Source: a virus. Taken from it: a stretch of DNA of 64,000 nt. Shown here piece by piece: positions 1 to 8,536 of this stretch (position 1 is the first letter of the stretch; each line of letters begins with the position of its first letter). Made by a program: the position numbers and the translations under genes. The stretch spans positions 36,840 to 100,839 of IMG/VR virus record IMGVR_UViG_3300042731_008016. One strand, written 5' to 3'. The notes under the pieces are model-generated. The model worked only from the letters and a program-made list of their open reading frames with translations. It was not told the DNA's origin and ran no database searches.

Positions 1-34
1 AAAACAGGGATAAATTATTTAAGAGAAGTTAACT

Positions 35-472
35 ATGAGCATTAATACGCATAATCTAATTGTAGATTTCGGGAAACATAAGGGTGAGCGATGGACTAGA
101 GTACCAGCAAGTTATCTTAGATGGTTAGTCAATCAACCCGAAGAAATCCCAGGAATGGAAAAAAACAAAGATATTGCAAAAGCTGAACTTGAACGTCGAG
201 GAACTAAGATTGGTAAAGGAATTGTTGAAATTTCAAGTCATGCCATTGATTCGGCAAGCCTTCGGGTAAGAAAAACGTGGCATGAAACCAGTAATAAAGG
301 AGAGGGTCTATACACTTGGCTACTTAGAATTGCTCAAGAAGCAGTCGAGAGTACCAATGAACAACCAGAAAAATTAATATATAAAGGAATTAAATTCGTT
401 TTTAAATGGGGCAATGAATTCCCAGTTTTAAAAACAGTAATGCCAGCTAAACATGAGAGTCACAAAAACTAA
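35..472 (+). CDS. hypothetical protein with FGKHKG/YLRW motif (DUF3820-like N-terminus)
   Basis: DFGKHKGERWTRVPASYLRWL motif. Confidence 0.5.
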   Translation: MSINTHNLIVDFGKHKGERWTRVPASYLRWLVNQPEEIPGMEKNKDIAKAELERRGTKIGKGIVEISSHAIDSASLRVRKTWHETSNKGEGLYTWLLRIAQEAVESTNEQPEKLIYKGIKFVFKWGNEFPVLKTVMPAKHESHKN

Positions 473-2168
473 ACTAAAAAAACAAATAAAAGAGCAGATT
501 GCAAGCATGGTCGATGAGTCAGTCGTAGTAGATGACTTTACTTTATCCACTGATTTTGCTGAAGATCTATACGCATTATTTGCAGAAGAAATAAGTAAGC
601 GTGGTATATTTAAAGGCTATTGGGAATTGTTCAAAGATGTAAAAAATCTATTTATTAGATTTAAAATCGGTGAGTTAATGAAGAATGTTGAGTTTTACTC
701 ACGGGTGAGGCAATTCTTTAGATATTTCATAACCTCAAAGCTTTTCTATGAGCTTGATAAGCTTGATGCAATGGAAGCCCTAGAAGCATTTCTAAGAATG
801 TTTCAACCACCTCCACCACCAAATCAACCTCAACCAGGACAAGGCCAAGGAAATGATTCTGAAAATCAAGAAAGTCAACAAGACCAAAATGGTGACGGTC
901 AAGGTAACAGCAAGCAAGATCAAAGCCAGCAAGGTCAAGGAGATCAACAACAAAGTAGTCAAGGTGATGGTGACGGCCAAGACAAACAGGATGGTCAACA
1001 AGGTCAAGGTGAAGGTGATGGAGATGGCAAAGAGAATAATTCAGAAGATGGCAATAGTGAAGAAGATCAAGATGATTCTCCTGGCAAAAGCAAACAACAA
1101 CAGGGTAAAAAACAATCTCAACCTCAAAGCGGTAAAGGACAGGGTGGTAACAGTGAAGGGAAAGGTTCTGGTCAACAGCAACAACAGGGTGGAGATGGCA
1201 ACCAATCACAACAGCCACCAAGACCACCAAGACGCAATACCCAAGATAAACAAGGCTTGAGTGCTGATGAAAAAAATCTTCCTATCGATATGACTAAGTT
1301 TAGACAAAGCCTTCCTAAAATCGAAAAGGCTATTGCTACTGGCATATTTGATAAAAACGATGTGAAAAAATACCTAAATAAAAATGCTGGTATTGCCGAA
1401 AATGAACTTAAAGTTCACAACGTTATGGAAATCATTGACAAAATCTCAAGAAATGTTCGTGAACGTGATATGGATATTTTATATGTAGCCAGAATGAAAG
1501 AGGTTACTGAACGCTATCGTAGAGACGAAGTAATTAGTAGTGTTCCCTACCCAGATGATGAAATGACTATCAAAAATATTGAAGACTCAAATGAATTACT
1601 CAGGGTATTGCCAACAGAATTTATTCACGACGATGACGTCTTTATGCAAAAGTTTGTTAAAAAAGAATTGCAAATTAAGGACTATCAAGCTAGACGTTTA
1701 AAAAGACAAGTTTTATATCTCTTGATTGATGTTTCTGGAAGCATGAGGGGTTCAAGAAATGTCTACGCATCAGGAGTAGCTTTAGCTTTTGTTAGACAAG
1801 CTGTAACTGAAGGCTCTACTTATTTCCTACGCTTCTTTGACCACGGAATTAAACAACTAAATACGGTCACTAATGAAAAAGAGGCAGAAAAAATGATGGA
1901 TACTCTTATTAGACAACCTTACTCTGGGGGTGGTACCAGTATCAGCAATGCTCTTAGAACAGCAGTGAAGGATATTACTTCTGATCCTGAAGGATTTGAG
2001 AAAGCTGAAATCATGCTTATCACTGATGGTGAAGATAGTGTTGATTTATCTAAAAAAGATCTCAAAAAGATTAGGCTACACTCTACAGTCATAGAGGGTA
2101 ATAATAGAGACCTTGAAGAGTTATCTAACAGTTATGTAGAGCTCAGAGAAAGAGACTTTAAGAGTTGA
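453..2168 (+). CDS. VWA (MIDAS) domain protein with Q/G/D-rich linker; probable partner of a MoxR-type AAA+ ATPase
   Basis: LLIDVSGSM, GGGTSI, IMLITDGED MIDAS motifs; low-complexity linker at ~aa120-260. Confidence 0.85.
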   Translation: MRVTKTKLKKQIKEQIASMVDESVVVDDFTLSTDFAEDLYALFAEEISKRGIFKGYWELFKDVKNLFIRFKIGELMKNVEFYSRVRQFFRYFITSKLFYELDKLDAMEALEAFLRMFQPPPPPNQPQPGQGQGNDSENQESQQDQNGDGQGNSKQDQSQQGQGDQQQSSQGDGDGQDKQDGQQGQGEGDGDGKENNSEDGNSEEDQDDSPGKSKQQQGKKQSQPQSGKGQGGNSEGKGSGQQQQQGGDGNQSQQPPRPPRRNTQDKQGLSADEKNLPIDMTKFRQSLPKIEKAIATGIFDKNDVKKYLNKNAGIAENELKVHNVMEIIDKISRNVRERDMDILYVARMKEVTERYRRDEVISSVPYPDDEMTIKNIEDSNELLRVLPTEFIHDDDVFMQKFVKKELQIKDYQARRLKRQVLYLLIDVSGSMRGSRNVYASGVALAFVRQAVTEGSTYFLRFFDHGIKQLNTVTNEKEAEKMMDTLIRQPYSGGGTSISNALRTAVKDITSDPEGFEKAEIMLITDGEDSVDLSKKDLKKIRLHSTVIEGNNRDLEELSNSYVELRERDFKS

Positions 2169-2193
2169 TAGAACTCTTGATTTATGGTATAAT
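2165..2193 (+). promoter_or_regulatory. sigma70-type promoter with extended -10
   Basis: TTGATA-N17-TATAAT with TG upstream; AAGGAG SD before ATG 2217. Confidence 0.75.
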
Positions 2194-2216
2194 AAATTAG
2201 TAAAATAAGGAGAATT

Positions 2217-2510
2217 ATGAACGAAACTATATATAGAGAAGCAGATTTAGACTATATCTTCATAAGAACCCAGTCACCTGATGGACACTGGGGAAATTCC
2301 TCCCTCAAAGAAGCCTCTGATAAACAATTTTTAGATTGGCTTACACATAAATTTGGACCATTACAAAACTTGGAAAAAATCATCCCTCCTGGAATAATCT
2401 GGACAGCAGATAAAAGAGTCAAGTTATTAAACGATCTTCAAGAAAGGCTTGGTTTTTCTGCAGCTATGATTAAAAGAGAAGCACGTGACGAATTTAATAA
2501 AAATATTTAA
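2217..2510 (+). CDS. hypothetical protein
   Basis: ORF with SD. Confidence 0.6.
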   Translation: MNETIYREADLDYIFIRTQSPDGHWGNSSLKEASDKQFLDWLTHKFGPLQNLEKIIPPGIIWTADKRVKLLNDLQERLGFSAAMIKREARDEFNKNI

Positions 2511-2520
2511 AAGGAGAATT

Positions 2521-2796
2521 ATGCTCACACCAAAATATATTGTCAAAAGAGATACCCCAGAACTCAAAAAAGGGGCAATTTTAGAAGTTGATGGGTGCTA
2601 TTCAAATGGTGATTATGAATATACTTGTGAAGATAAATCATCTTGTAAATACGAAGATCAAGGTGGTGTTACTTATTCTAAATCAGTTGTTGAGAAACAG
2701 CCGAAATGGTTTGAAAAAGTAAGCCCAGTTTGGCTCACCAAAGACCAAATGAAAAAATTAAATAAGATTTTAAATTTAGGTAAAAAAAGAAAATAA
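2521..2796 (+). CDS. hypothetical protein
   Basis: AAGGAG SD before ATG 2521. Confidence 0.6.
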   Translation: MLTPKYIVKRDTPELKKGAILEVDGCYSNGDYEYTCEDKSSCKYEDQGGVTYSKSVVEKQPKWFEKVSPVWLTKDQMKKLNKILNLGKKRK

Positions 2797-2836
2797 GGAA
2801 ATCTTTATTATCATTTAACAAAGAAAAGGAGAATAT

Positions 2837-3355
2837 ATGAACGAAGATAATCAACTAGAACAATTAATTGAAGAGCTTGAGATCGATCAAGATCAAGTCA
2901 AACCTATTGAGCTTGGTAAGGGATTAATCGAATATCGAAAATATCTTTGGGCTCTAAAGTTCATTAATGAAAAAATCGATAGATTAAAAGCTTATAAACT
3001 GGAGGTCACAAATGATATCGATCAAGCAATTGCTACCCAAGAAAATAACGTGGCAAGGATTAAAGACGTTATTGAAAAATCTATCATTGCTGACCCAATT
3101 GCGGATCGCACTAAGTCTGGAGGACGAACACTTAGTTTGCCAGATATCGCTACCGTCTCTCTCAGCAAACTCTCAGAAAAAATCGACATCGAAGACCCAG
3201 AAGCAGTCTTAGATGAGCTTGGTGAAGAATATAAAAAAGTTAAAGTTTCTCTAGATACTTCCAAGGCTAAAAAACATATTCAAGAAACTGGAATATTACC
3301 TAAAGGTGCCAGTAAACGAGAAGCTAGAACTTTATCAATTAGATTTAAACGATAG
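2837..3355 (+). CDS. Gam/Gp157-like host-nuclease inhibitor (coiled coil)
   Basis: N-terminal coiled coil; RTLSLPDIATVSL...KVSLD...G...RTLSIRFK pattern. Confidence 0.55.
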   Translation: MNEDNQLEQLIEELEIDQDQVKPIELGKGLIEYRKYLWALKFINEKIDRLKAYKLEVTNDIDQAIATQENNVARIKDVIEKSIIADPIADRTKSGGRTLSLPDIATVSLSKLSEKIDIEDPEAVLDELGEEYKKVKVSLDTSKAKKHIQETGILPKGASKREARTLSIRFKR

Positions 3356-3363
3356 GAGGATTT

Positions 3364-3591
3364 ATGGAAGTCAAAGTATTAGACAAACTTTATAAAATAG
3401 TAAGTGAATTCCAGGGACAAACCCTAGAAAACGTGGCTTTCTTAAAAAAGACAGTCCACGGAAAGGAGATACTAACTGCAGAACTTACATTTAAAGATCA
3501 AGCAGATGTCAGCAGAATAATGGTGTTTGCTTTAGATCAAGAATTAACTGAAGGAGATCACGTAGAAATGGTAGAAAAACTTCTTCAGTAA
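3364..3591 (+). CDS. hypothetical protein
   Basis: AGGAGG SD. Confidence 0.6.
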   Translation: MEVKVLDKLYKIVSEFQGQTLENVAFLKKTVHGKEILTAELTFKDQADVSRIMVFALDQELTEGDHVEMVEKLLQ

Positions 3592-3627
3592 AAATTATTA
3601 TAAGAGAATTTAAAAAGGAAAATTAAT

Positions 3628-4278
3628 ATGCCAATATCAGAAAAAGTACAAATCAATCCCCTAAAGATCAAAGTAATTGATGTTACCATTGTTGGTACTA
3701 CTAGCATGATTCAGCATCGTTTTGGTCAAAAAGCTAGAATGCAGATTCTAGAAAAACAAATGAGAACTGCTAAAACTGGGAAAAAGCCAGTAAGAGATCC
3801 AAATAATGAATTTGAGCAAGGCTTACATGTCATGGAGGAAGGTAAGTTTACCTACACAAATAAAGAGAATCCTGGATTGGGTGAAGTTAAGTTCACTGGT
3901 AAAGTTGGATTCCCAGCCTTCGGAGTAAAAGCAGCTATAGTTGCAGCAGCTCGAAATGTAGATGATCTTCCAATGACTCTATTAAGAGGGGCTCTTTTCC
4001 TTAAAGGTGATGAAAACGATTTAATTGAGGTCGAATACAAAAAACTCATTATGAGGGAACATACTGTAGTTATTGGAAGAGGAACTACCGATCTAAGATA
4101 TCGCCCAGAATTGAGAGACTGGACAATGAAATTACAAATTGAATTTAACTCTGACGTTTTAACCGTTTCAGAAGTTATCAATCTGCTTTCAATTGCTGGA
4201 TTCAGTGTTGGTTTGGCAGAGATGAGACCTGGAAAGACTGGTGGAAACTACGGGAAATTCGAAGTAAAGGAGCAATAA
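3628..4278 (+). CDS. stand-alone Cas7/RAMP-like RNA-binding protein (Vipr-like)
   Basis: N-terminal strand IDVTIVGTTSMIQH; FPAFGVKAAIVAAAR (cf. RAMP IPGSSLKGALR); C-terminal Gly-rich loop AGFSVGLAEMRPGKTGGNYGKFEV; next to a pentamer array. Confidence 0.75.
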   Translation: MPISEKVQINPLKIKVIDVTIVGTTSMIQHRFGQKARMQILEKQMRTAKTGKKPVRDPNNEFEQGLHVMEEGKFTYTNKENPGLGEVKFTGKVGFPAFGVKAAIVAAARNVDDLPMTLLRGALFLKGDENDLIEVEYKKLIMREHTVVIGRGTTDLRYRPELRDWTMKLQIEFNSDVLTVSEVINLLSIAGFSVGLAEMRPGKTGGNYGKFEVKEQ

Positions 4279-4279
4279 A

Positions 4280-4732
4280 ATGTCTAAGCTAAAAAGAGTA
4301 GAAAAAATTGCAATTGTCTGTGAAAAGATTGAGAAAAGAGATGGTATTCTCACTCCTCAGGCGGTTGTTGATGAAGCAAAATCATCTACATGTCTAATTC
4401 ACGATATGTTTGATTGGAATGATATTAGTGCTTCAGAAAAATATCGACTCGGACAAGCTAGAAAACTAATTAAAGAAGTAACTATTACTTACGAAAACAA
4501 AGAGATTCATAGTTATCAAAATGTTTTACTTAAAATTCAAAATCAGCAAGTTCAAGGTTATGCTTCAACTGTAAACATTTTGCAAAATGATGATTTGCGA
4601 AAACAAGTAATAGCAAAAGCTTTACAAGAACTTTTGTACTGGCAAGCTGAATATGCTAAATACAAAGAATTAGCTGATTTAGTTGATGCTGATAAATTAA
4701 ACAGTCTTAGCAAAAAACATAAAACTAAATAA
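4280..4732 (+). CDS. accessory protein of the RAMP/array locus (helical, function unknown)
   Basis: LTPQAVVDEAK...HDMFDWND..A.EKYRLGQARKLI; starts 1 nt after the RAMP gene and lies just upstream of the array. Confidence 0.6.
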   Translation: MSKLKRVEKIAIVCEKIEKRDGILTPQAVVDEAKSSTCLIHDMFDWNDISASEKYRLGQARKLIKEVTITYENKEIHSYQNVLLKIQNQQVQGYASTVNILQNDDLRKQVIAKALQELLYWQAEYAKYKELADLVDADKLNSLSKKHKTK

Positions 4733-4748
4733 AAGATAAGCTCTTTAA

Positions 4749-5145
4749 CAATTAAATAAGTGACTATTGAGGCAGGTGTGTTAAGGCACGCTGAAATACG
4801 TTGTGTGTCGGTTCGGGCTGGGTGAGATAAGTCCAGATTGGGTAAGGCAGGTCAGTTAGGATTTGGTAGATAGTGCAGCGATCAGATGAGCTCTGGAGGG
4901 ATCAGGTTAGGTTTGGCAGGTAAGTTGGGTTGGGTTGGGTAGAGAATTGTTTAGTTACGGTCCGATAAGGCAGGTGTGATGGGTTTGGTTCCGATATGAT
5001 GGAGTGCGGTTAGTTCTGGCAGGTGGGTTGGGCTGAAATGTGTCGGCAATGGACAGGTGGGTTATGGCAGGTGGAATTAGTTGCGATGTGTTCGGTTCAG
5101 GAGCGTTGCGATTAGGTGGGGTTTGATGTGTCACTTATTTAATTG
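4749..5145 (+). ncRNA. putative guide-RNA array: six GGCA-delimited units of RNT-NN pentamers, closed by a 16-bp inverted repeat
   Basis: GGCAGGT at 4771, 4846, 4915, 4969, 5018, 5066; 5-nt periodicity; CAATTAAATAAGTGAC (4749-4764) / GTCACTTATTTAATTG (5130-5145); G/T-rich and no long ORF. Confidence 0.8.
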
Positions 5146-5188
5146 AAAATTGTTAAAATAAAATTGTGTTAATTAATTAGGAGTAAAT

Positions 5189-6073
5189 ATGGAAGAACAA
5201 AAAATATTAATAGTTCCAATCGGCTCTATTAGACCAGATCCAGATCAACCAAGAAAAACATTTCTTGATAGTCATATTAACAGTCTAGCTCAAAGCATAA
5301 AGCAAGAAGGATTCATAAATGAGATTGAAATTGATGTTAATAACATGATTGTTACTGGAGAATGTAGATGGAGAGCTGCTAAAAAGCTTAATCTTACTGA
5401 AGTTCCGATAAAAATAAACGAAACACAGTTCACATCGTACACCAGATTACGAAGACAAATGGCTGAGAATGCCCACCAATCTGGGGCATCATACGAAAGA
5501 GCAATGAATCCTTTGGAAATAGCTGAGGGTTACGCTAGATTAATTAAGCTTAAAACTGGAAAAGATTGTCGGCCTGGCCAACAATCTCGTGAAGAATCTT
5601 ACGGTTTAATAAAAGGGGTTGCCTCTGAATTAGGTCTCCATAGATCGACAGTTTATGAATATTTAGAATTAATTGAACAACCAAAGGAACTTAAAAAAGC
5701 AATTGTCGAGAAGGGATTGCCACGAACTTATATTAGAGAAATTGAAAAAGCTCCTGAAGAAATCAAACCAGCACTTCAGAAAAAAGCAGTTGAGGGTGGT
5801 TATTCAAGCAGAAGAGAAATCAAAGAAGACGTTAAGTTAGCCAAAGATCATCCCGATGTTGCTGAAAAAGTTATTCCTAGACAAACTCCAGAAGCAGCTA
5901 AAAAAGAATCTATTGGAGGAGGAAGGTTGCTTACTTGGATCAGTGAGGGAGTTTTGGCTTTGAGAGCAATTCCTAGAAGAGAAATAAGAATTGAAGAAAA
6001 AGGAGCAGTTGAACAACAGCTTGAATGGATAGTAGAAAAAATCAACGCTTGGCAGCGTGATGAAAAAGTCTAA
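5189..6073 (+). CDS. ParB/Spo0J-like protein with HTH
   Basis: IRPDPDQPRKTF, IVTGECRWRAAK, NPLEIAEGY, VASELGLHRSTVYEYL. Confidence 0.85.
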   Translation: MEEQKILIVPIGSIRPDPDQPRKTFLDSHINSLAQSIKQEGFINEIEIDVNNMIVTGECRWRAAKKLNLTEVPIKINETQFTSYTRLRRQMAENAHQSGASYERAMNPLEIAEGYARLIKLKTGKDCRPGQQSREESYGLIKGVASELGLHRSTVYEYLELIEQPKELKKAIVEKGLPRTYIREIEKAPEEIKPALQKKAVEGGYSSRREIKEDVKLAKDHPDVAEKVIPRQTPEAAKKESIGGGRLLTWISEGVLALRAIPRREIRIEEKGAVEQQLEWIVEKINAWQRDEKV

Positions 6074-6075
6074 AT

Positions 6076-6264
6076 ATGACTCAACCAGTGCCTTATGAGC
6101 AACCAAATAATAATCAGACAATGCAGATTTGTCAGAGGTGCTTTGAACATGTAGCTTTAAAAATCTGTGCTAAATGCGGTTGCCCACTTTGCACTGAATG
6201 TTGGCCTAAACATATTTGTAATCAACCAGATCTAGGAGATAAAGAAGACAAAATAATAAACTAA
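6076..6264 (+). CDS. small Cys/His-rich zinc-finger protein
   Basis: CQRC..CAKC.CPLCTEC..HIC. Confidence 0.55.
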   Translation: MTQPVPYEQPNNNQTMQICQRCFEHVALKICAKCGCPLCTECWPKHICNQPDLGDKEDKIIN

Positions 6265-6348
6265 TGTCAAAAAGCAAAAAGAAAAAAAACCTAACTAAAA
6301 AAAGGCGAAAACGCCTAAAAAAGAAAATTAGAAAAGAAAAGAAAAGAG

Positions 6349-6702
6349 GTGATGATTATGTCAAAAGTTTATGTCAAACGAAACCTTAAATATTATAGTT
6401 GGTCAATTGAAAGTGAGGGTAATAACCTACCTTACTTAGTCATTCACGATAAAAGAAATGACATCACTATTAAGATAGATAAGGTTTATACAATGTCTCT
6501 TCATAAATTTATTCCAAATTATTTGGACAAATTGAGAATACTTCAAGGTAAGTCACTGAGAACCAAAATGTCCAAGATGAAAAAAAAGTATAAAGAATCA
6601 ATGGCCAAACAAAAGGCAAAGGTAAAAGCTGTCAAAAATAGACAAGCCTCACTTTTCACAAAGGCCAGAAAGGTTAAAAATGAAAGAGAAACAAGAAGAT
6701 AG
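6349..6702 (+). CDS. basic hypothetical protein
   Basis: ORF with GAGGTG SD. Confidence 0.5.
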   Translation: MMIMSKVYVKRNLKYYSWSIESEGNNLPYLVIHDKRNDITIKIDKVYTMSLHKFIPNYLDKLRILQGKSLRTKMSKMKKKYKESMAKQKAKVKAVKNRQASLFTKARKVKNERETRR

Positions 6703-6755
6703 AATAAGAGATTTTTGTGAAATATGGGCAAGCAGTAATAAAGATATAAAAAACT

Positions 6756-6785
6756 ATGAAAATATTCGCAGTTGGAGATAAGTAA
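6756..6785 (+). pseudogene. orphan N-terminus of the metallophosphoesterase gene (MKIFAVGDK*)
   Basis: matches [10 protein letters not shown] of the ORF at 7409; cut off by the LAGLIDADG gene. Confidence 0.65.
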
Positions 6786-6786
6786 T

Positions 6787-7425
6787 ATGAAAAATATTTA
6801 TATTATTCAAGATGATAATATTAGAGTTCTTTTTGGAACTCTTTTAGGCGATGCTTATTTCCCTAAATTGGCATTTAAACAACAAAATAGAAAAATAGCA
6901 TGGGAACATACTGATAAACAAAGAGATTACGCTATTTGGAAAGCAAGAAGAATTGGATTTCAATGGAATAAATATGAAAGAAAAAGACTTGATAAAAGAA
7001 CCAATAAAACATATAAATCAATTACGATAGTATTACGGGCAAATGAATCGTTTAATAAGATTTACAAAATCTTTTGTCCAAAAAGCAAGAAGATAGTTAC
7101 AAATGATATTCTAAGTTATTTATCTAAAGAAGCTGTTGCTATTTGGTATTGTGATGATGGGAATTTATATCAAAATAAAGATACTAATCATTTAACATTA
7201 TCTATACAATCTTTTAAAAATAAACAGTTAATTATTGACTTCTTTAAAAGAAAATTTAGTGTTAATTTTAAATTAAATGATGGAGCAATTAGATTAGTTA
7301 ATAAAAACGAGATCAGAAAATTTATTGATTCAATAAAACCTTATGTTCCAATCATGATGCAATACAAAATAGATTTTGTTGATTATAAAACGTATAAAGG
7401 ACGATATTATGGTAAAGACAGATAG
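6787..7425 (+). CDS. free-standing LAGLIDADG homing endonuclease (two-motif type)
   Basis: LFGTLLGDA and [10 protein letters not shown] motifs. Confidence 0.85.
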   Translation: MKNIYIIQDDNIRVLFGTLLGDAYFPKLAFKQQNRKIAWEHTDKQRDYAIWKARRIGFQWNKYERKRLDKRTNKTYKSITIVLRANESFNKIYKIFCPKSKKIVTNDILSYLSKEAVAIWYCDDGNLYQNKDTNHLTLSIQSFKNKQLIIDFFKRKFSVNFKLNDGAIRLVNKNEIRKFIDSIKPYVPIMMQYKIDFVDYKTYKGRYYGKDR

Positions 7426-8173
7426 AATTTTTTGCGTGGGCGACATCCATGGTTGTTACACTGAGCTAATGTTGCTCATGGAGAAGCTACCAATCAATCC
7501 AGAAAAAGACCAGGTAGTTTTCCTAGGAGACTATATTGATAGGGGACCTGATTCAAAAAAAGTTGTTGAGCAATTAATCAAGTGGAAGAAGAAATACCCC
7601 CATTGGGTATTCTTGTGTGGTAATCATGAAGATATTTTTTATGACTATTTAGTTAGAAGTGGAGCTTTGTATGGTTTTCAAAACTGGTTTGTTAATGGTG
7701 GAAAAATTACTTACCAAAATTATGGAGGCCATTTTGGAGCTAAAGTATATGACAAAGAGTTAAAAAAAGTCGTTTTTGAGGCACCTAGACCTGCCGATTT
7801 TCCCAAGGAACATCTAGATTTTCTATTTAAGGAACTTCCATTCACTTATGAGACAGAAGATTACTTTTTTGTTCATGGTGGTGTAATTCCTGAAGCTTCC
7901 CTGGAAGAAAGTAAAAAGCATTGGAAAACTATGCTGTGGGCTCGGGACGGTTTTATTGATAGTGAATACGATTGGGGGAAAAAGATTATCTTTGGTCATA
8001 CTCCAGCTTATAAAAAGGAATGGGGTGTATTTGGCCAACCAATCATTATGAAAAATAAAATAGGTCTTGATGGAGCTTGTTGCCCAGGAGCATGTAAAAA
8101 CTTAATTGCTGTTGAGCTTCCTTCAGAGAAATTCTATTTACAGGAGAATGTAACATGCAAAAAAGAAAAATAG
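7409..8173 (+). CDS. Ser/Thr protein phosphatase (calcineurin-like metallophosphoesterase)
   Basis: GDIHG, GDYIDRG, GNHE, FVHGG, FGHT. Confidence 0.92.
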   Translation: MVKTDRIFCVGDIHGCYTELMLLMEKLPINPEKDQVVFLGDYIDRGPDSKKVVEQLIKWKKKYPHWVFLCGNHEDIFYDYLVRSGALYGFQNWFVNGGKITYQNYGGHFGAKVYDKELKKVVFEAPRPADFPKEHLDFLFKELPFTYETEDYFFVHGGVIPEASLEESKKHWKTMLWARDGFIDSEYDWGKKIIFGHTPAYKKEWGVFGQPIIMKNKIGLDGACCPGACKNLIAVELPSEKFYLQENVTCKKEK

Positions 8174-8532
8174 TTACCAATCACCAGATATCTGTTTTTA
8201 AAATCAGAATAGATATAATTCAAGAACATGCTATTGGTTTTGAATTATTTGCTGGAGATAAAGTTAAAGATACCTATGTCAATGTTGTTGCCAAAGGTGG
8301 CTATGGAACTCAAGCAAGACTTTTGTTAACCCCGAAACAATTTTCGGATTTTGCCATTAGAACAATTTCTTATGTTTATTTAGGGTTTTCAAGACCGTTA
8401 ACTGATAATGAACTGATGATTTTGTGGGAATTGAGATTAAATATTTTTGACGTTGAGAACCAGCAAATATCAGGATCAATATTTGATAACTACAGAGAAA
8501 AGATTAAAAGATACAGTTCCAAGAAAGGATAA
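8155..8532 (+). CDS. hypothetical protein
   Basis: AGGAG SD; operon context. Confidence 0.55.
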   Translation: MQKRKIVTNHQISVFKIRIDIIQEHAIGFELFAGDKVKDTYVNVVAKGGYGTQARLLLTPKQFSDFAIRTISYVYLGFSRPLTDNELMILWELRLNIFDVENQQISGSIFDNYREKIKRYSSKKG

Positions 8533-8536
8533 GACA

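Noticed and set aside
800-1260. Repeat array or alternative-frame ORFs (727-1230 on -, 792-1007 on -, 853-1260 on +)
   Set aside because: Shadows of the Q/G/D-rich linker of the VWA protein.
4927-4940. G-quadruplex or telomere-like (GGGTT)n repeat
   Set aside because: Only three G-tracts; fully explained by consecutive gtt-GG modules.
4771-5129. Canonical CRISPR array
   Set aside because: The shared repeat is only 7 nt, unit lengths vary from 48 to 75 nt, and the intervening sequences are themselves periodic.
6787-7425. Group I intron around the LAGLIDADG gene
   Set aside because: No flanking non-coding space for a ribozyme core; the ORF abuts or overlaps its neighbours.
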